64,000 nt of DNA, taken from Takakia lepidozioides (taxonomy: Eukaryota > Plantae > Bryophyta). The notes beneath the pieces are model-generated. The model had not been told where the DNA came from. It did no database searches and saw nothing but the letters and a program-made list of their open reading frames with translations. A program made the translations under genes and the position numbers. Where the stretch lies: NCBI GenBank assembly GCA_030704615.1, contig CM060733.1, forward strand, positions 23,188,001-23,252,000. Reading direction: 5' to 3'. Below are positions 13,032-25,929 of the stretch, one piece after another; positions within the stretch are counted from its first letter, which is position 1, and each line of letters begins with the position of its first letter.

Positions 13032-13325
13032 AAAATTCAACCGCAAACCTGCCATTGTTCTCGGCCACAAGGAATATTCATGTGGGGCAGTAAAGAGGGA
13101 TAGAAAATTAGGACATAGGGGGGGGGGGGAAGCACGGACATAGGTAAAAGGGGGGGGGGGGAGCACGGTAATAGGGGTGAGAGCACGGAACCGCGGTAAT
13201 AGGGGGGGGGGGGGGGAGCACGGAATTAGGGCCTGAACACGTGGATGCTTGCTGATGTGGCGTGAGCCTAGCCAGGCTCACAGGCTCACAGGCTCACAGG
13301 CCAGGCTCACGCGCAAGCATTCCCC

Positions 13326-16010
13326 GCTCCTTTCTAACCCCTTTGACCTTGATCATTCTTCTCACCTTTGCAATATCATCCCACCTGCTAGCTGCGGCAT
13401 AGATGTTTCTGGGATGCAACTTGTCATCTACAATGAAGGTGTGCACCCTGTTGCCAACCGCAATGCAGCAGTGACCTGGCTCCTGGCTGCTTTCTAACCC
13501 CTCTGACCTTGATCATTCTTCTCACCTTTGCAGTATCATCCCACCTGCCAGCTGCGGCATAGATGTTTGATAGCAACACATAAGTCGTGCCATCCTGTTC
13601 ATCCCACTAGAGGATAGATGTTGCCGCACGTTCAGCCATCTCCACATTGCCATGGATTCTGCAGGCACCAAGCAGGGCCTTCCACACCACAACATCTGGA
13701 TTTCAATAGGCCAGTGTGGTTGCATGCAGAGAGAACACATATAAAGGTGATACTGTCCGGCTTCAAGCCTTTCTTTTGCATTCCTTCAAATAGTTGCAGG
13801 ACTTCTCTATGACAACCATGCTGGGCATATCCTGTGATCATCGCATTCCACGACGCCACATTTCATTCAGCCATATTGTCAAATACTCACTTTGCATCCT
13901 CACTGCACCCACATTTCACATACATGTCCACCAGGGCAACGTCCAGAATGACATTTGGTACAGTTCCAGCTTTGATGATGTCACCATGGCGCACCTCTTT
14001 GCTGGAACGCCATGCTCTGCCAGGCTTGCAAATGCACACAAACATGATGTGGTCGGGCTTCACCCCTTCCCCTAGGCCTCCATCCCGCGCTCCTGCTCTG
14101 CATATCCTGCAAGCATGGCATTCCATGACACCAAATCTCATTCAGCCATATTGTTGAACACTCCCTCCACATCCTCAATGCTCCCACATTTGGCATACAT
14201 GTCTACGAGGGTATTGTTCAGAATCACATCTGGTACAATTCCAGCTATGGCGATGCAACCATGCACCTCTTTGCCCTTTTCCAGGGCTGCCAGGCTTGCA
14301 CACGCAGTGCAAACGCACACAAACGTGATGTGGTCGGGCTTCACCCCTTCACACATCATTCCAAGGCCTCCATCCCACGCCCCTGTTGTGCATACCCTGC
14401 AAGCATTGAGTTCCATGACACCACATCTCGTTCAGCCATAGTCTTGAAAACTCCCTTCGCATCCTTAATGCACCCACATTTGGCATACATGTCCACCAGG
14501 GCAGTGTTCAGGATGACATCTGGTACAATTCCAGCTTTGACGATGTCGCCATGGACCTCTTTCCCCTTTTCCAGAGCTGCCAGGCTTGCACACACACTGC
14601 AAACACAAACAAATGTGATGTGGTTGGGCTTAACCCCTTCGCACATCATTTGCTTATAGGTCTGCAAAGCCTCCATCCCGCACCCTTGCTGTGCATATCA
14701 TGCAATCATCGCACTCCACAACACCACATCTCGTTCAACCATACTGTCAAACACTACCTTGGCATCCTTAATGCACCCACATTTGACATACATGTCCACC
14801 AGGGCAGTGTTCAGCATGACACTGGGTACAATTCCAGATTTGACGATGCAACCATGGACCTCTTTGCACTTTTCCACGCTGCCAGGCTTGCACGTGCACT
14901 GCAAACGCACACAAACATGATGTGGTCGAGCTTCACCCCTTCCCCCATCATTTGCTGATAGGTCTCCAAAGCCCCATCCCGCGCCCCTGCTGTGCACACC
15001 CGCAAGCATCGCGTTCCACGACACCACATCTCGTTCAGCCATAGGTTGAACACTCCCTTGGCATCCTCAATGCTCCCACATTTGGCATACATGTCCACCA
15101 GAGCAGTGTTCAAGATGACATCTGGTACAATTGATGATGTCACCATGGATCTCTTTGCCAGGGCTGCCAGACGCACTGCAAACGCACACAAACGTTATGT
15201 GGGCAGTTTCACCCCTTCCCCCATCATTTGCTCATAGGTCTCCAAAGCCTCCATCCCACATCCCTGCTGTGCATACCCTGCAAACATCACAATCCACGAC
15301 ACCACATCTCATTCAGCCATAGTGTTCAGAATTACATGTTATCTGACAGGCATCATTTTTGCCTCGGGTGTCCCACCCTTGACTGGGGTCAGAAAAGTAT
15401 TCATTCCATAGCTTCTCATCATCTCTGTTACCTCTATTAGGATACTTTCATGTTGTCAGTTGGGAGTATCATGTCAAAGTCACTCCAAACTATCAAAGAT
15501 TCACTCAACCAGTTAACTTGCAGAATTCAATATGGATATTTAGGGCCAATTCTGATAAGAGGGAAAAACAGGGTGAAATGTGTTGAAGAAGGTGCCTTTA
15601 TTATACGCTTGATTTTATCAATTGTGCCGCTGTTGCTGCGGCTTCCACATGACCATCTACCCATGCAGGTTTCTTGTAGGTAATCATAGGTAATCCGGAA
15701 AACGGCTCCTGGCAAATCACCTTCATCTTCCCAGACAATCTTCTCAGCTCAGCATGGATTTCCTTAATTATTCTGGGATGCAACTTGTCATCTACAACAA
15801 ATGTGTGCACCCTGTTGCAAACCTCAATGCAGCAGCAACCTGGCTCCTTTTCAACCCCTCTGACCTTCATCATTCTTCTCACCTTTACAGTATTAACCCA
15901 CCTGCCAGCTACAGCATAGATGTTTGATAGCAACATAAGTCGCGACATCCTATTCATTCCACTTGAGGATAGATGTTGACAGTTCATGGCTTGATATGGA
16001 ATCTGCAATG
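13326..16010 (-). pseudogene. Scrambled PLS-class PPR pseudogene(s): P-L-S repeats and duplicated E/E+ segments
   Basis: Repeated ALEKGKEVHGDIVKAGIVPDVILNTALVDMYAKCG and MAERDVVSWNAMLAGYAQ motifs, VVWKALLGACRIHG; many frameshifts. Confidence 0.9.
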
Positions 16011-16379
16011 TTTTTACACGGCCTCATGTGCATATGCTTCGGCGATTTTCGCTATCATCTTGCCCATGGTTACCATTCCAGACTGAGGAGGTGATTTGAC
16101 GGATGGATGCGGCTACCTCAACATGAATAATTATAAAATTGAACGACACCATATCCCAAATGTAAACTAATGTCGTCTTTAGGCCCCTCAAAAGGCTTCT
16201 TCTCCTCCTCGTTGTGAATTTCTCCTGCACTGTTGGTGCTATCCCTCCACACCAGCCATGATTCAACCACACCTAGCGCACAAAGACAGACGCGCACAGA
16301 GACATGCAAACACAAACGAAGCGAGCGAGAAAGAAGTGGCAGCGCGCGCGTGTGAGTGACAAGTTCGGGCATTTCAGGC

Positions 16380-16840
16380 AGGTCCAAAAACGTTGGAACA
16401 ATGCCTCTCACATCGCTCTTGCATCCTGGCAACCCTCTCAACGACTGCAACTTGGGAATGACACTAATGATTTCCTGGACATCGGGGTCTATCAATATAG
16501 GAGAGTTCGTAGGAAGAGGGACCTCCGTGACTTCGTCTTCCGAACTGTCCGAGAGCTCGACAAATGTCGTGGAGGTAGTTTCTTCTATCTTGATGGGGAC
16601 AGATTTTGGCGCCTGCGCCACCGAAGCTGCTGTTCTGGGCGTGAGTATAGTGTCCGATGAAAGGCGTCTCTGATCTCCATGAACGCGGTATTTGGCGGGT
16701 GGAACTCCCCACTCTCTTCGACCATCCCGTTTATGCGGCTTCTGAACCTGCGTTCCCTCGACCTTCCCACTACTGTCGTACACCTCTCTGACCACATGGA
16801 CGATCCCTGGCTCAATGCGGAATGTTATGCAAATCAAATC
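16380..16840 (-). pseudogene. Truncated 5' relic of a transposase related to those of elements 1 and 2
   Basis: REVYDSSG..EWGVPPAKYRV..TPRTAASVAQ..VELSDSSED..DPDVQEIISVIPKL aligns with ORF 5300-6073. Confidence 0.8.
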
Positions 16841-17796
16841 CTCCTTAACAATGGCCAGGCCATTTATATAAATTCATGAAGACCTTAGGTACCTTCATCG
16901 GCAATTTCTATTGGCGGGCAGTCCGGGCAGACTCGACAGAATTTGATGACGAAACGTGGCGATGATGATGTGGCGACGAAAACGTGGCAATTTGGCACCC
17001 TATTCCTGCTCTACGCTAAACTAGCTTCCGATAGAATTTTAATTGAATTGGACACTTGGCAAATATGGTACCAAAGCAGACTGCACACAGTGATCATCAC
17101 TTTAAATTTCAGCCCAATAAAATGTTATCTTGTTATTCTTGTAATTAATTATTAACACTGACGTCTGTCTGTAACTCTCTGACAGACAAAATTAATATTG
17201 TCAACACACAATTAGCAATGTTGTCTACAAAGTGACCATCTAATGCATATGGGTAATATCTTGTTGGTCATGTAATTAATTAACACTTAAGGTTGAACCC
17301 TAAATCATTAATCCTTAACACTTAAGGTTAGACCCTAAACCCTAAATACTTAAATCTAAATTTTGATTCGTGATATGTTCTTGATAGACTTGAATGTTGT
17401 CAACACAGTATATCACCTCTAGAAAATTTGCTATTAAACCTGCACATTGTGACCGACTAAATTTGTTCGTCTCTCTTGTCTCTCCTATTTTCTTCTCCCA
17501 CTAGGCTATGGTGGACGAGCTAATCCCGAGCTGTTGCGCAGCATTGAGGCCAGATGACTTTCTTTTGAATTGCATCAGCACCAACATGTGGTAGAACATG
17601 GTTGTGACAATAGTAGGCTATTGTGAACAAGAGGAAAGCAAGACTGATGTGATTTGTTTTAGCTTTGTTCTATCTAACTGTACATCCATCATTCATGCTT
17701 CATCAAATTTACACTATTTTAACTAATTCTGGACTTTTGTTTGGTCCAGAAATAATATGAGAAATATGAATAAATATAATTTATTATAAAAATAAA

Positions 17797-17807
17797 GAGA
17801 GAGAGAG

Positions 17808-17842
<35 letters not shown>
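17797..17842. repeat. (GA)n(TA)n microsatellite
   Basis: Direct reading. Confidence 0.95.
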
Positions 17843-17846
<4 letters not shown>

Positions 17847-20509
17847 TATTAGGCTATTTTATGTACACTATAACTATGAACAATAATCCTCCAAACATTT
17901 TTTGGAGAAAATATAAGTATGTATTGTGGTTTTAGAACAACATCCACTGCCAAGTTGACGTTCACGAAAAAAAGGGAGGATGCAATGAATAAAACCATGA
18001 TTTGAGGTCAGATATGCAACAGTTTTTGCACAAAATAGTTACCATATTCAATGACATACAAAATCAAACATAGAACAATCATGGCATGTGATGAAGAAGA
18101 TGACATGAAAGAATGAGTCTGCGAATACATTGATGATAAACATTCATATTTTATTAGAGATTGCAACTTTGGCGTTGTAGTCAGACAAAATGTAACGTCA
18201 ACTGTACATCCGTTCACATTAGACTTAATGCCATCGGCTCGAAGCCATACATCGGCTTACACTAACCCATTAATATTATAGAGCCTCCTCCCAAACGGCT
18301 CGCAGTCAAGGCATGTGTTCGAAGACGCCTCCAGTTACCACAACCACTTGCAAACGGTCTCCGCACTGGAGGAAACGGAAATACTTTGAGAAAACTCAAA
18401 CCTAGTAACATTATCATCCGGAATGTTACTTGGAACTCTACTTGATGATCTTGATGCCCTTAAAGCCTACCGGAAGCCCGTCATTCTTGCCAATCACGAA
18501 GCTGCTCTTCTTCTTTTCGAATTCGCTCCTTAAATGTGACTCGGCAGACAACAAACAGTGGCATAAGCACATACCAAGGTAATCAGGTTTCTTTTGTTGT
18601 GGGATCCAATCACGAGGATCAATATATCTTCGATGGATCAAAGCACACTAATAGGACCCAAAAAAAATGTCACAATTTATTTTTCAGCGCATATGGCGCA
18701 TTTGATCCAAATCTATGATATCGAGTTCAGAATAAACCACACAAATCTTATATCATTGGAAAGCCCTTCAAGTGCTTGTTATGCCCATATAAAATTCTTT
18801 TTGATTTGACAAGTTTAAGGGGTCCTAAAGTAGTCTTGAATAGCACAAGGTCCAGATGTCTCAAATTGTTGTAGTCCTTAAGGACTCAATTTTCTCACCA
18901 TAGCATGTGAGGGTCATCTCAGGATTTTTCATGTGCTTATGTAAGGTGTGGAAATATGCAAAAATGATAATAGACCTGGAAAACCAGAAAAGCCCATTCT
19001 CATAGGAATTTTCTCTTATGCGGTATGCATAAGTTAGGGGCATCTAACTTTTACTACTAATAAACCTAAAAATTTGAGCATAGTTCTTCACCAAAAGTAT
19101 TTAGCTGCTGAAAAGAGAGGAGGACATGTCCTTGAAATGGCTACGAGATCCTTTGATTTGGAATTAGAGGCCCAAATGAGTTCTTACAAATGAGGTATCC
19201 TTCATTGGAATTTTTTCTAAAATAGTCAATATATGAGATAATTTTTAAATAATTACATGAGCATCTGCAACATTGAAGTAGGCATCAAACAAACCAAACC
19301 CGGCCTAGAAGTGATCGGGGGAAAAAGAATGGTGACAAACGGAAGTCGAGGTAGTACTGTAAGCTCAAAAATGGAAAGGTACGAGACAATGTGAAACCGG
19401 ATTAAAAACGTTTGACATAAATGAAACGATTGGATGTGTTTAGTTTAGGGTCCCGTAATACGAAAACGGCGTTGGTGGCGCGATAGTTTCTTCTAACATT
19501 GCGGGGAGTGCGTACGAGGAGGAGGAGAGACGAAGTGATTGATGGTGGCATTCTTGAAAACATTCTTGATCATGGCTGTCTGCGCAGTTTAAGGTCTCAG
19601 GAAGAAGCACGGACATGGCTCATGGTTTTTGAGCGCCGTGGTGATCGTAAGGGTGGTTCCTCATTATCTTGACATGCATGAGCAGTAGAAATTGAGGTGA
19701 GCTTGATGTTGGCCTTTGTGCGGCAGTCAGATGCGAATGGATTAGTGGGCCCAATTTGAGCAACTCTTTCTGCTTGCTGCACTGCGTGGGTAGATGGTCA
19801 ACTGGAAACAGCAGCGGTAACAGCGCAATTGATAGAATAAGGCACTGCTAATAAAGGTTCCTTCGCGCTTCAACACATTTCAGCATGTTTTTCCCTGTTA
19901 TCAGATTCGTCCCTAAGTTTTCATGTTGAATTCTGTAAGTTAGGTCGTTGCTGGATTTATGGTCGTTTCTTCCTGATGTTTACAAGGTTGTTGGGAGAGT
20001 CAGCTTGGTCTTAGCAGGCAGGGTTTCAATCTCTGCCTACTCAGTTGCACCGTGGTGGTTCTCACAGACCAATCCGACATTACCTGACTACCCACACAAG
20101 TAGCACACAGAAGAGGTCCTTTAGGGTTGATGGTAAGTCAAATCCTCGGTCATGACACAAGATCAAGGACAATGTGGTGTGTAAGTTAGCTCGTTGGGTG
20201 GATATGTGGTGGTTTGGGGTGACTTTGACTAGTTTCTGCCGATGTGGCAAAAACAGGTAACATAGATGAGGAGAAGCGTTGGAATGAACACTTTTCCAAA
20301 CCCATTCAACGACGGTCCTGAAGATTGCCCTTTGTGAAAGTTGGGAACAAAATGTTCTCCTTTTGATTCGATGTTAGAACAGTCAATGTGCTACTTTCCC
20401 AGGCCACATGACACAAAAGATGTTGGCACTGGTGACAAACTTTCATAAGTTTTGGACCTTAGGGTGTGAGAAATATTGATTCCAAGTATTTTTTGTAAGA
20501 TCAGGGGAG

Positions 20510-20720
20510 ATGAATGGAACAGAAAGGATGTGGAGAATGCAGGCAGTATGTTGGGTGCTTCTAGCTTTGATACTGATAGTACTGGTTGCGGGTGCAAAAT
20601 CAGAGGCGTACATTGTGACTGTTGATGGAGATCCAGTAGTCCAGTACAAGGGAGGATTGTCAGGCTTTGCTACCACTTCCCACTTCTTTACTCGCACGTG
20701 GAAGTCACATCTTTACAGGT
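20510..20720 (+). pseudogene. Orphan first exon of a subtilisin-like protease (SBT2.5-like signal peptide and prodomain start)
   Basis: Hydrophobic signal VCWVLLALILIVLVAGAKS then EAYIVTVDGDPVVQYKGGLSGFATT, resembling the plant SBT2 N-terminus; no catalytic exons found downstream. Confidence 0.65.
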
Positions 20721-21867
20721 GTGGATATTCAGTGTCTATGTGTTGTCCCGCAGAAAAACCTCAGTTTTCCTCCGTCCATCCATCAGTCTTCTTCCCTTCA
20801 CCTCCTTCTGGCCACATTTGGATCTACTGTTCTTCTGCTCACATGTTATGTCCTCTCCTATCCAGACCCGTTTCCTTCTTAAACCTCCTCTTTTCCTCTT
20901 ACCGCCCTTTTCGTTTGCAAAGTTGGGTTTCTCTTCTTTCATCGTGAAATCTTCACACATCCTTTCTCACATGTTAATCAGGTAAAATACTTTCTCATAT
21001 TGCTGGTGCTCGTCTACCTTGGCGGTGTTGATTATAGTCTTGAATCGTTATTTCTTTACTAGGATCATTTTCAAGGCAAATGCCGGATCACATATATCAG
21101 TTTCATAGCACAACCAAAAAAATGAAATGAAATGAAATGCTAAGCGACGACCTCATCCTTCTCACTACCATAATCACGCACTCGGACCTGCAAGGATCTC
21201 AGAGAGCTTCATAAGGGGTCCACATGCTAGATCATCAACAACGGCTGGAAAGAGGCTCATGCTAGATGTGTGCTGCGCTTTCGCTTCTAAAATTCTAGCA
21301 ACTGACTTGGATTCACCAGGGTGACTTGATATAAGTTCCTACGCCCCCATTGAAGACAACAATTTTCAGCAGCCCAGATCGCTCAATCTGAAGTCATAGA
21401 ACAAGCTTATAGGTCCCAATCTGGAAAAAGTTCCTTGAGTGGTAAGCCAAACCCAACTCAACTCAATGACGAACTTGGACATTTCATATTATTGTTATTT
21501 GCTAAGGGTGCATCATTGCAGCTTGACATGGCTATCACATGGAATGCAAAGAGCTTGCCTGGATAGCTCGCGTTCAGACTCTTCTTGGCCTCGAAACCCT
21601 GTTGCTACTAGTGTGATGCTCATTTGCCCCAAAACTGAACCATTCCATATCCGCGAAAATATTAGTTGATCTCCCTTGCCCATCAAGAGCACAACAATCC
21701 CTATAATTTCATAGACATCAGGATCTTATTCAGAACTACAGAAGTACCTTCTTGTTAAGGTATTTGACAACCTCCTATGAGGCCACCTTAATATCAAACC
21801 ATTCTTTATCGAACGACAAAGCACAACCATGACAGAGAAGCAAAATGTTCCAGAAGCATCCTGCGAG

Positions 21868-22512
21868 GAGAGGCTCTACACAAGGGCTGCTAAGCTAAAC
21901 AGGCCTATGACCGTTTGAGAATCCTTTATGAGCCCACCCCAGACCTACCAGCCTTCAGCCTATCAGATTTGCACGAAGATGGACAGTTTTCCACTAGAAC
22001 AATATGTTTTTTCTGATGAATGGAGTCAGATTTAGGGAGTCACTTCCATGAAGTTCAAGGTTAAACTATAGTGGGGGTGTAGACCATGGTTCCCAGCAAT
22101 TCTTATAAGCAGACGTGGAATCTGATTCGCAGAAGTATATGGTGACGGCTGAAGGGAAGCAAGAGTGAGAGATGATGATGATGTTCGTCTTGGCATGCTA
22201 AGTAGTGGTGCCTTTTTGTCTATGTGAGCCGGAGAGGCTCTACACAAGGGTTGCTAAGCTAAACAGGCCTATGACCGTTTGAGAATCCTTTATGAGTCCA
22301 CCCCAGACCCACCATCCTTCAGCCTACCAGATTTGCACGAAGATGGACAGTTTTCCACTAGAACAATTTTTTTTTGATGAATGGAGTCAGATTTAGGGAG
22401 TCACTTCCATGAAGTTCAAGGTGAAACTATAGTGGGGGTATCTGATTCGCAGAAGTATATGGTGAAGGCTGAAGGGAAGAAAGAGTGAGAGATGATGATG
22501 ATGTTCGTCTTG
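21868..22512 (+). repeat. Imperfect tandem duplication, ~364-bp unit
   Basis: GAGAGGCTCTACACAAGGG..GCTAAACAGGCCTATGACC at ~21868 and ~22232. Confidence 0.85.
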
Positions 22513-23789
22513 GAAAAACCATGGCAAAGTCCATGGCAAATCATATCATGGGAACTATGTAAGAGTTGTGGTTGTACCATGCGGTGCCTACACTAAAACC
22601 TGGAAGAGAATCTGGCTAGTTCAAATCAAATTGATGGGTCCCAGGCATGGCATTGGGGCAGCCACTTGACAGGTGCTTCGTCTCTCCGAAAGATACAGTA
22701 GGTGATGGAGGATAGAGAGAGAGTCTGAACGCCATTTGAGTTAAACTGGGTTTGTCAGGGCACGCTAAGTAGTGGTGCCTTTTTGTCTATGTGAGCCGGA
22801 TGGCTATAGATAGCAGTTTTGTCCATTTGCCTTAGACTTGCTTCAGGCAATTACATGCTCTCTAGGTTTCTTTTAGAGGAGGTTTTGCAGACCGAGGTGA
22901 AAGATTTTCCAAATGTTTTCCTCATATGTTGCACAGCGGTCTTCGGCTGGATCAATCATAGCTTATCGCTCAGTACAAAATTGAACTTACAATAGTACTG
23001 CTCCTTATTTATGCATCTATTCGTGATACAGATTGATTTCTTTGTTGGGATGGGTTTGCCTCCAGTCTTGTACTGGCTCAAACCCATGCCCGGAAGACAC
23101 AGGGCAGCATCTGAGGGGTGCCAGGTTTCTGGGCCCGCCATAGGCAGCCAAGTGGAGAAATTTGAAACTGTGGTAGGACTCTTCAAATGATCAAAGCATG
23201 AAAACTCCCTGGGGGAAAGTCATTTCTTTTCTACATAAATGAGGAGAATTGTTTTTAGACATATGACAGATTGTGGGAGTCTTGCGCTATGTAAGCATAC
23301 ACCCAAAACTGCAACTTTGCCACTCAAACAGGAGCCCAACCTGTCAATCATCCAACTCTTGAAAAGAGGGCAATATATATAACATAGTGTCTTGGAACAG
23401 GTTCAACCTTGTAGTGAGACTGTACTCACAAGTTGTTTGATGTAGCTTGTCCGCTGAGCTATCCGCTGGAGCTATCTGCTGAGCTTCCTCTTCCAGAGCC
23501 TCCTCTCTCAATCAACCTTCTAGCTTGCTGCACACCAGATAAGAATGGAAAATAAACTTTTGGCCAATGCTAATACTAAGATGCGTGCCTTTGTTAAACC
23601 ATTAGGGCAGTTCAACTGCTTACAATGAACAAAGGTCCAATCACACTAAACCTTGTCCTCAAACCTCCCTTTCTTGGACCAAGAAGGATCACCGATAAAC
23701 TTAACATAAACATGGATCGTTTTCTGTCAAATCCAGGAATTGGTTGTCAATAGACAGGTGGAAGCATGCATGATTTCTCTATCAGTGTA

Positions 23790-24000
23790 TCTATGCATAA
23801 ATTACTTCAGGCATTCCACATTTCGTCTAGAAAACCCTTCACACAATGTGAGCTGCCCAACAAATAGACCCCAATAGGGCCAGGGCTTAAGGCTCGAGAT
23901 TTCAAAAAATTGGTGAACAGAGGCGTAGGGACTATATACTCCTGGAATGTTTGTACATAGGGTTTTTGAAGGCACATTTGGCATCTACAGGCCAGAAAGA
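23790..24000 (-). mobile_element. Degenerate LINE 3' relic, related to 52250-52430
   Basis: IVPTPLFTNF...CVKGFLDEMW versus IVPVPLFTNF...CVKGFLEDIW. Confidence 0.5.
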
Positions 24001-24266
24001 TATCTGACATTGGTGATACTAAGGCATGGAGAATGTATGAATACTTACATATTCACAAAGGTACTCTGCCCCAAGCCTTCATGGTAACTTCCTTCCAGCA
24101 TGTGCATGCTCCAGCTTGTGCGTGCTCAGTATTACTGCTCGGTACACCTCAGCGTCTTAGCTGAGACTGTGCGCAGTGGCCAGTACACCGTCCTAGAGGA
24201 GACCATATGAGGGTGTACAAGCATCCAAGGGATGGCGCCGCCGTGCCCACTTTTCATCCGGACATG

Positions 24267-25000
24267 TCATTTCCACGCACCGCGGCGTATCACGCCAACA
24301 CCAAAAAATAAGTCTTTTTCAGGAGGGTCAGTGGTACACAATAGCATGCTTTCACCCCCATACCAAGCCCAATAGGCGTGGTCATGACCAATAGGCTTAC
24401 GAGAACACTTGGCAGGGTTTTCGCTGATGTAATCGACGACTGTTGAAGCTGCAGCCATCTTCAATATATATGGCCACATTGCTTTTGTCATATCATTGTG
24501 GTCACCCAAGCCCTTTGGTGATGGCTTGAATGAAATAGGGAAGAATCTAGTATTTGGTGGGTTTCGGAGGCCCTTTGATGGCTCATCATCGACAATGAGT
24601 ATTTGTCCCTGCGTTGCAAACGGTCTACCTAGGTACTTGGCAAGAACACTGTGAATATCCTTAACGAGATATTTCATCCCAGGAATGATGTAACCAGTAG
24701 TATCCTTGCAATCTTCTTCGCAATTTTCGTGGGAACTAAGCACTCGAGCATCCTGCAAAGAACACCTTTTTCAGCACATGACCAAATCGCCACGTGAAAA
24801 TGCGTCAACGCAAGGTTGAAAAACTCCAAGACTCCAGGCCGGGTACCACAAATGGTCGGTCTGGAACTTGAACTGTAAATTTCCTGAAACGAAATCTCTC
24901 CTTAAACAATTCACCACCGGTTGGAGGTGGCCGGTAGCAGAGGAGTCCGTTGACACTCAATATTAACAACATCCGTTTCCTCTTCCCCGATGTGGCAAAA
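24267..25000 (-). pseudogene. FCP1/NIF (HAD-superfamily) phosphatase-like relic
   Basis: KRMLLILSVNGLLCYR (degenerate DxD motif), FVVPGL, LVKDIHSV, ILIVDDEPSKGLRNPPNTRFFP; disrupted near 24760-24810. Confidence 0.6.
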
Positions 25001-25929
25001 GAAGGTTGATGGACAATGACAATCATGTCAGTGTTTTTTGCCGTCGAAAATCACATATCCCAGAAAACTTTCAGAGTGACCTCTACGTTTGCCAAGACAT
25101 ATGTGTCCCGGGAATGGACAAAAAGGCTGGACTATTGGCCCTTTGTTGGTCATCACAGCCGGCACTAGAGGCGGCATTCATATCGCCAGTACGATGCACT
25201 ACACACAAACTTCAAACTCCCTATCCTCTCCATACACAAATGCTTCAAAGTGATACACTCACAGCCCTATGCTCCCTCACAGCCACTATTATCAACAAGC
25301 GTAAACTCGAATCTAACCCCTCCCTGGCCCCCGGGGTACCTAGGGTACCCTAGGTACCTTAGGTACCCTGCTATACCCACAACACCTTTGTACTCCTTTT
25401 CAGAGAGGGCCCACCCTCGAGAGGGGGCAGTAGTCGTGAGGCGAAGTGGCTCTTAGTTACGTCGGCTCCGGCCGGAGTCATCTCTCCCGGGAATGGACTA
25501 TTTGAAAGGACCTAGAGTAGCCGATATATCGAAGAGGAGATCATGAAAAGAGGAACGTCGGCTGTCAAATGGAGGTTCGTGGACGTACCTTGTAGGGAGA
25601 CGTATACATGAAGTTATGCGGCTCGATCCCCGCCTGTTTACAAAATTATGCAGTAAGTTTGGGACCGGAAAACAAACTGTAGACGAAATTGGAGAATCGT
25701 TTTGGATTTTACCATTGATTTCTTATTGGAATGTCTTGCAGAAGAACAATGGGTCCCGCAGGTATGTTCCATAACATACGAGGGAGTCCTCATGTGTTTG
25801 GAGTCCGCTCTTTTTTTCTTGTCAGCCTTCTGTCCGTTGGAAAGCATTCCTGCAGAGGAAGGAAATGGCTCGGGGGCTCTTTTGCACTTCTTTGGTGCAG
25901 AACATTGTGCCAACAGTTCAGGGTCAGGT

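Larger units (their letters stand above)
1915..13325. mobile_element. Mutator-like DNA transposon, element 1 (11.4 kb): transposase plus divergent ParB-MTase-like gene
   Basis: 9-bp TSD GCTCCTTTC at 1906-1914 and 13326-13334; imperfect TIRs sharing CGCGTGAGCCTGGC at the same offset from each end; removing the element rejoins the PPR E-domain sequence (GVRKEPG). Confidence 0.92.

Noticed and set aside
13501-15322. Plus-strand ORFs antisense to PPR repeats (HLAYMSTRAVFRMTSGTIP)
   Set aside because: Shadow frames of the minus-strand PPR motifs
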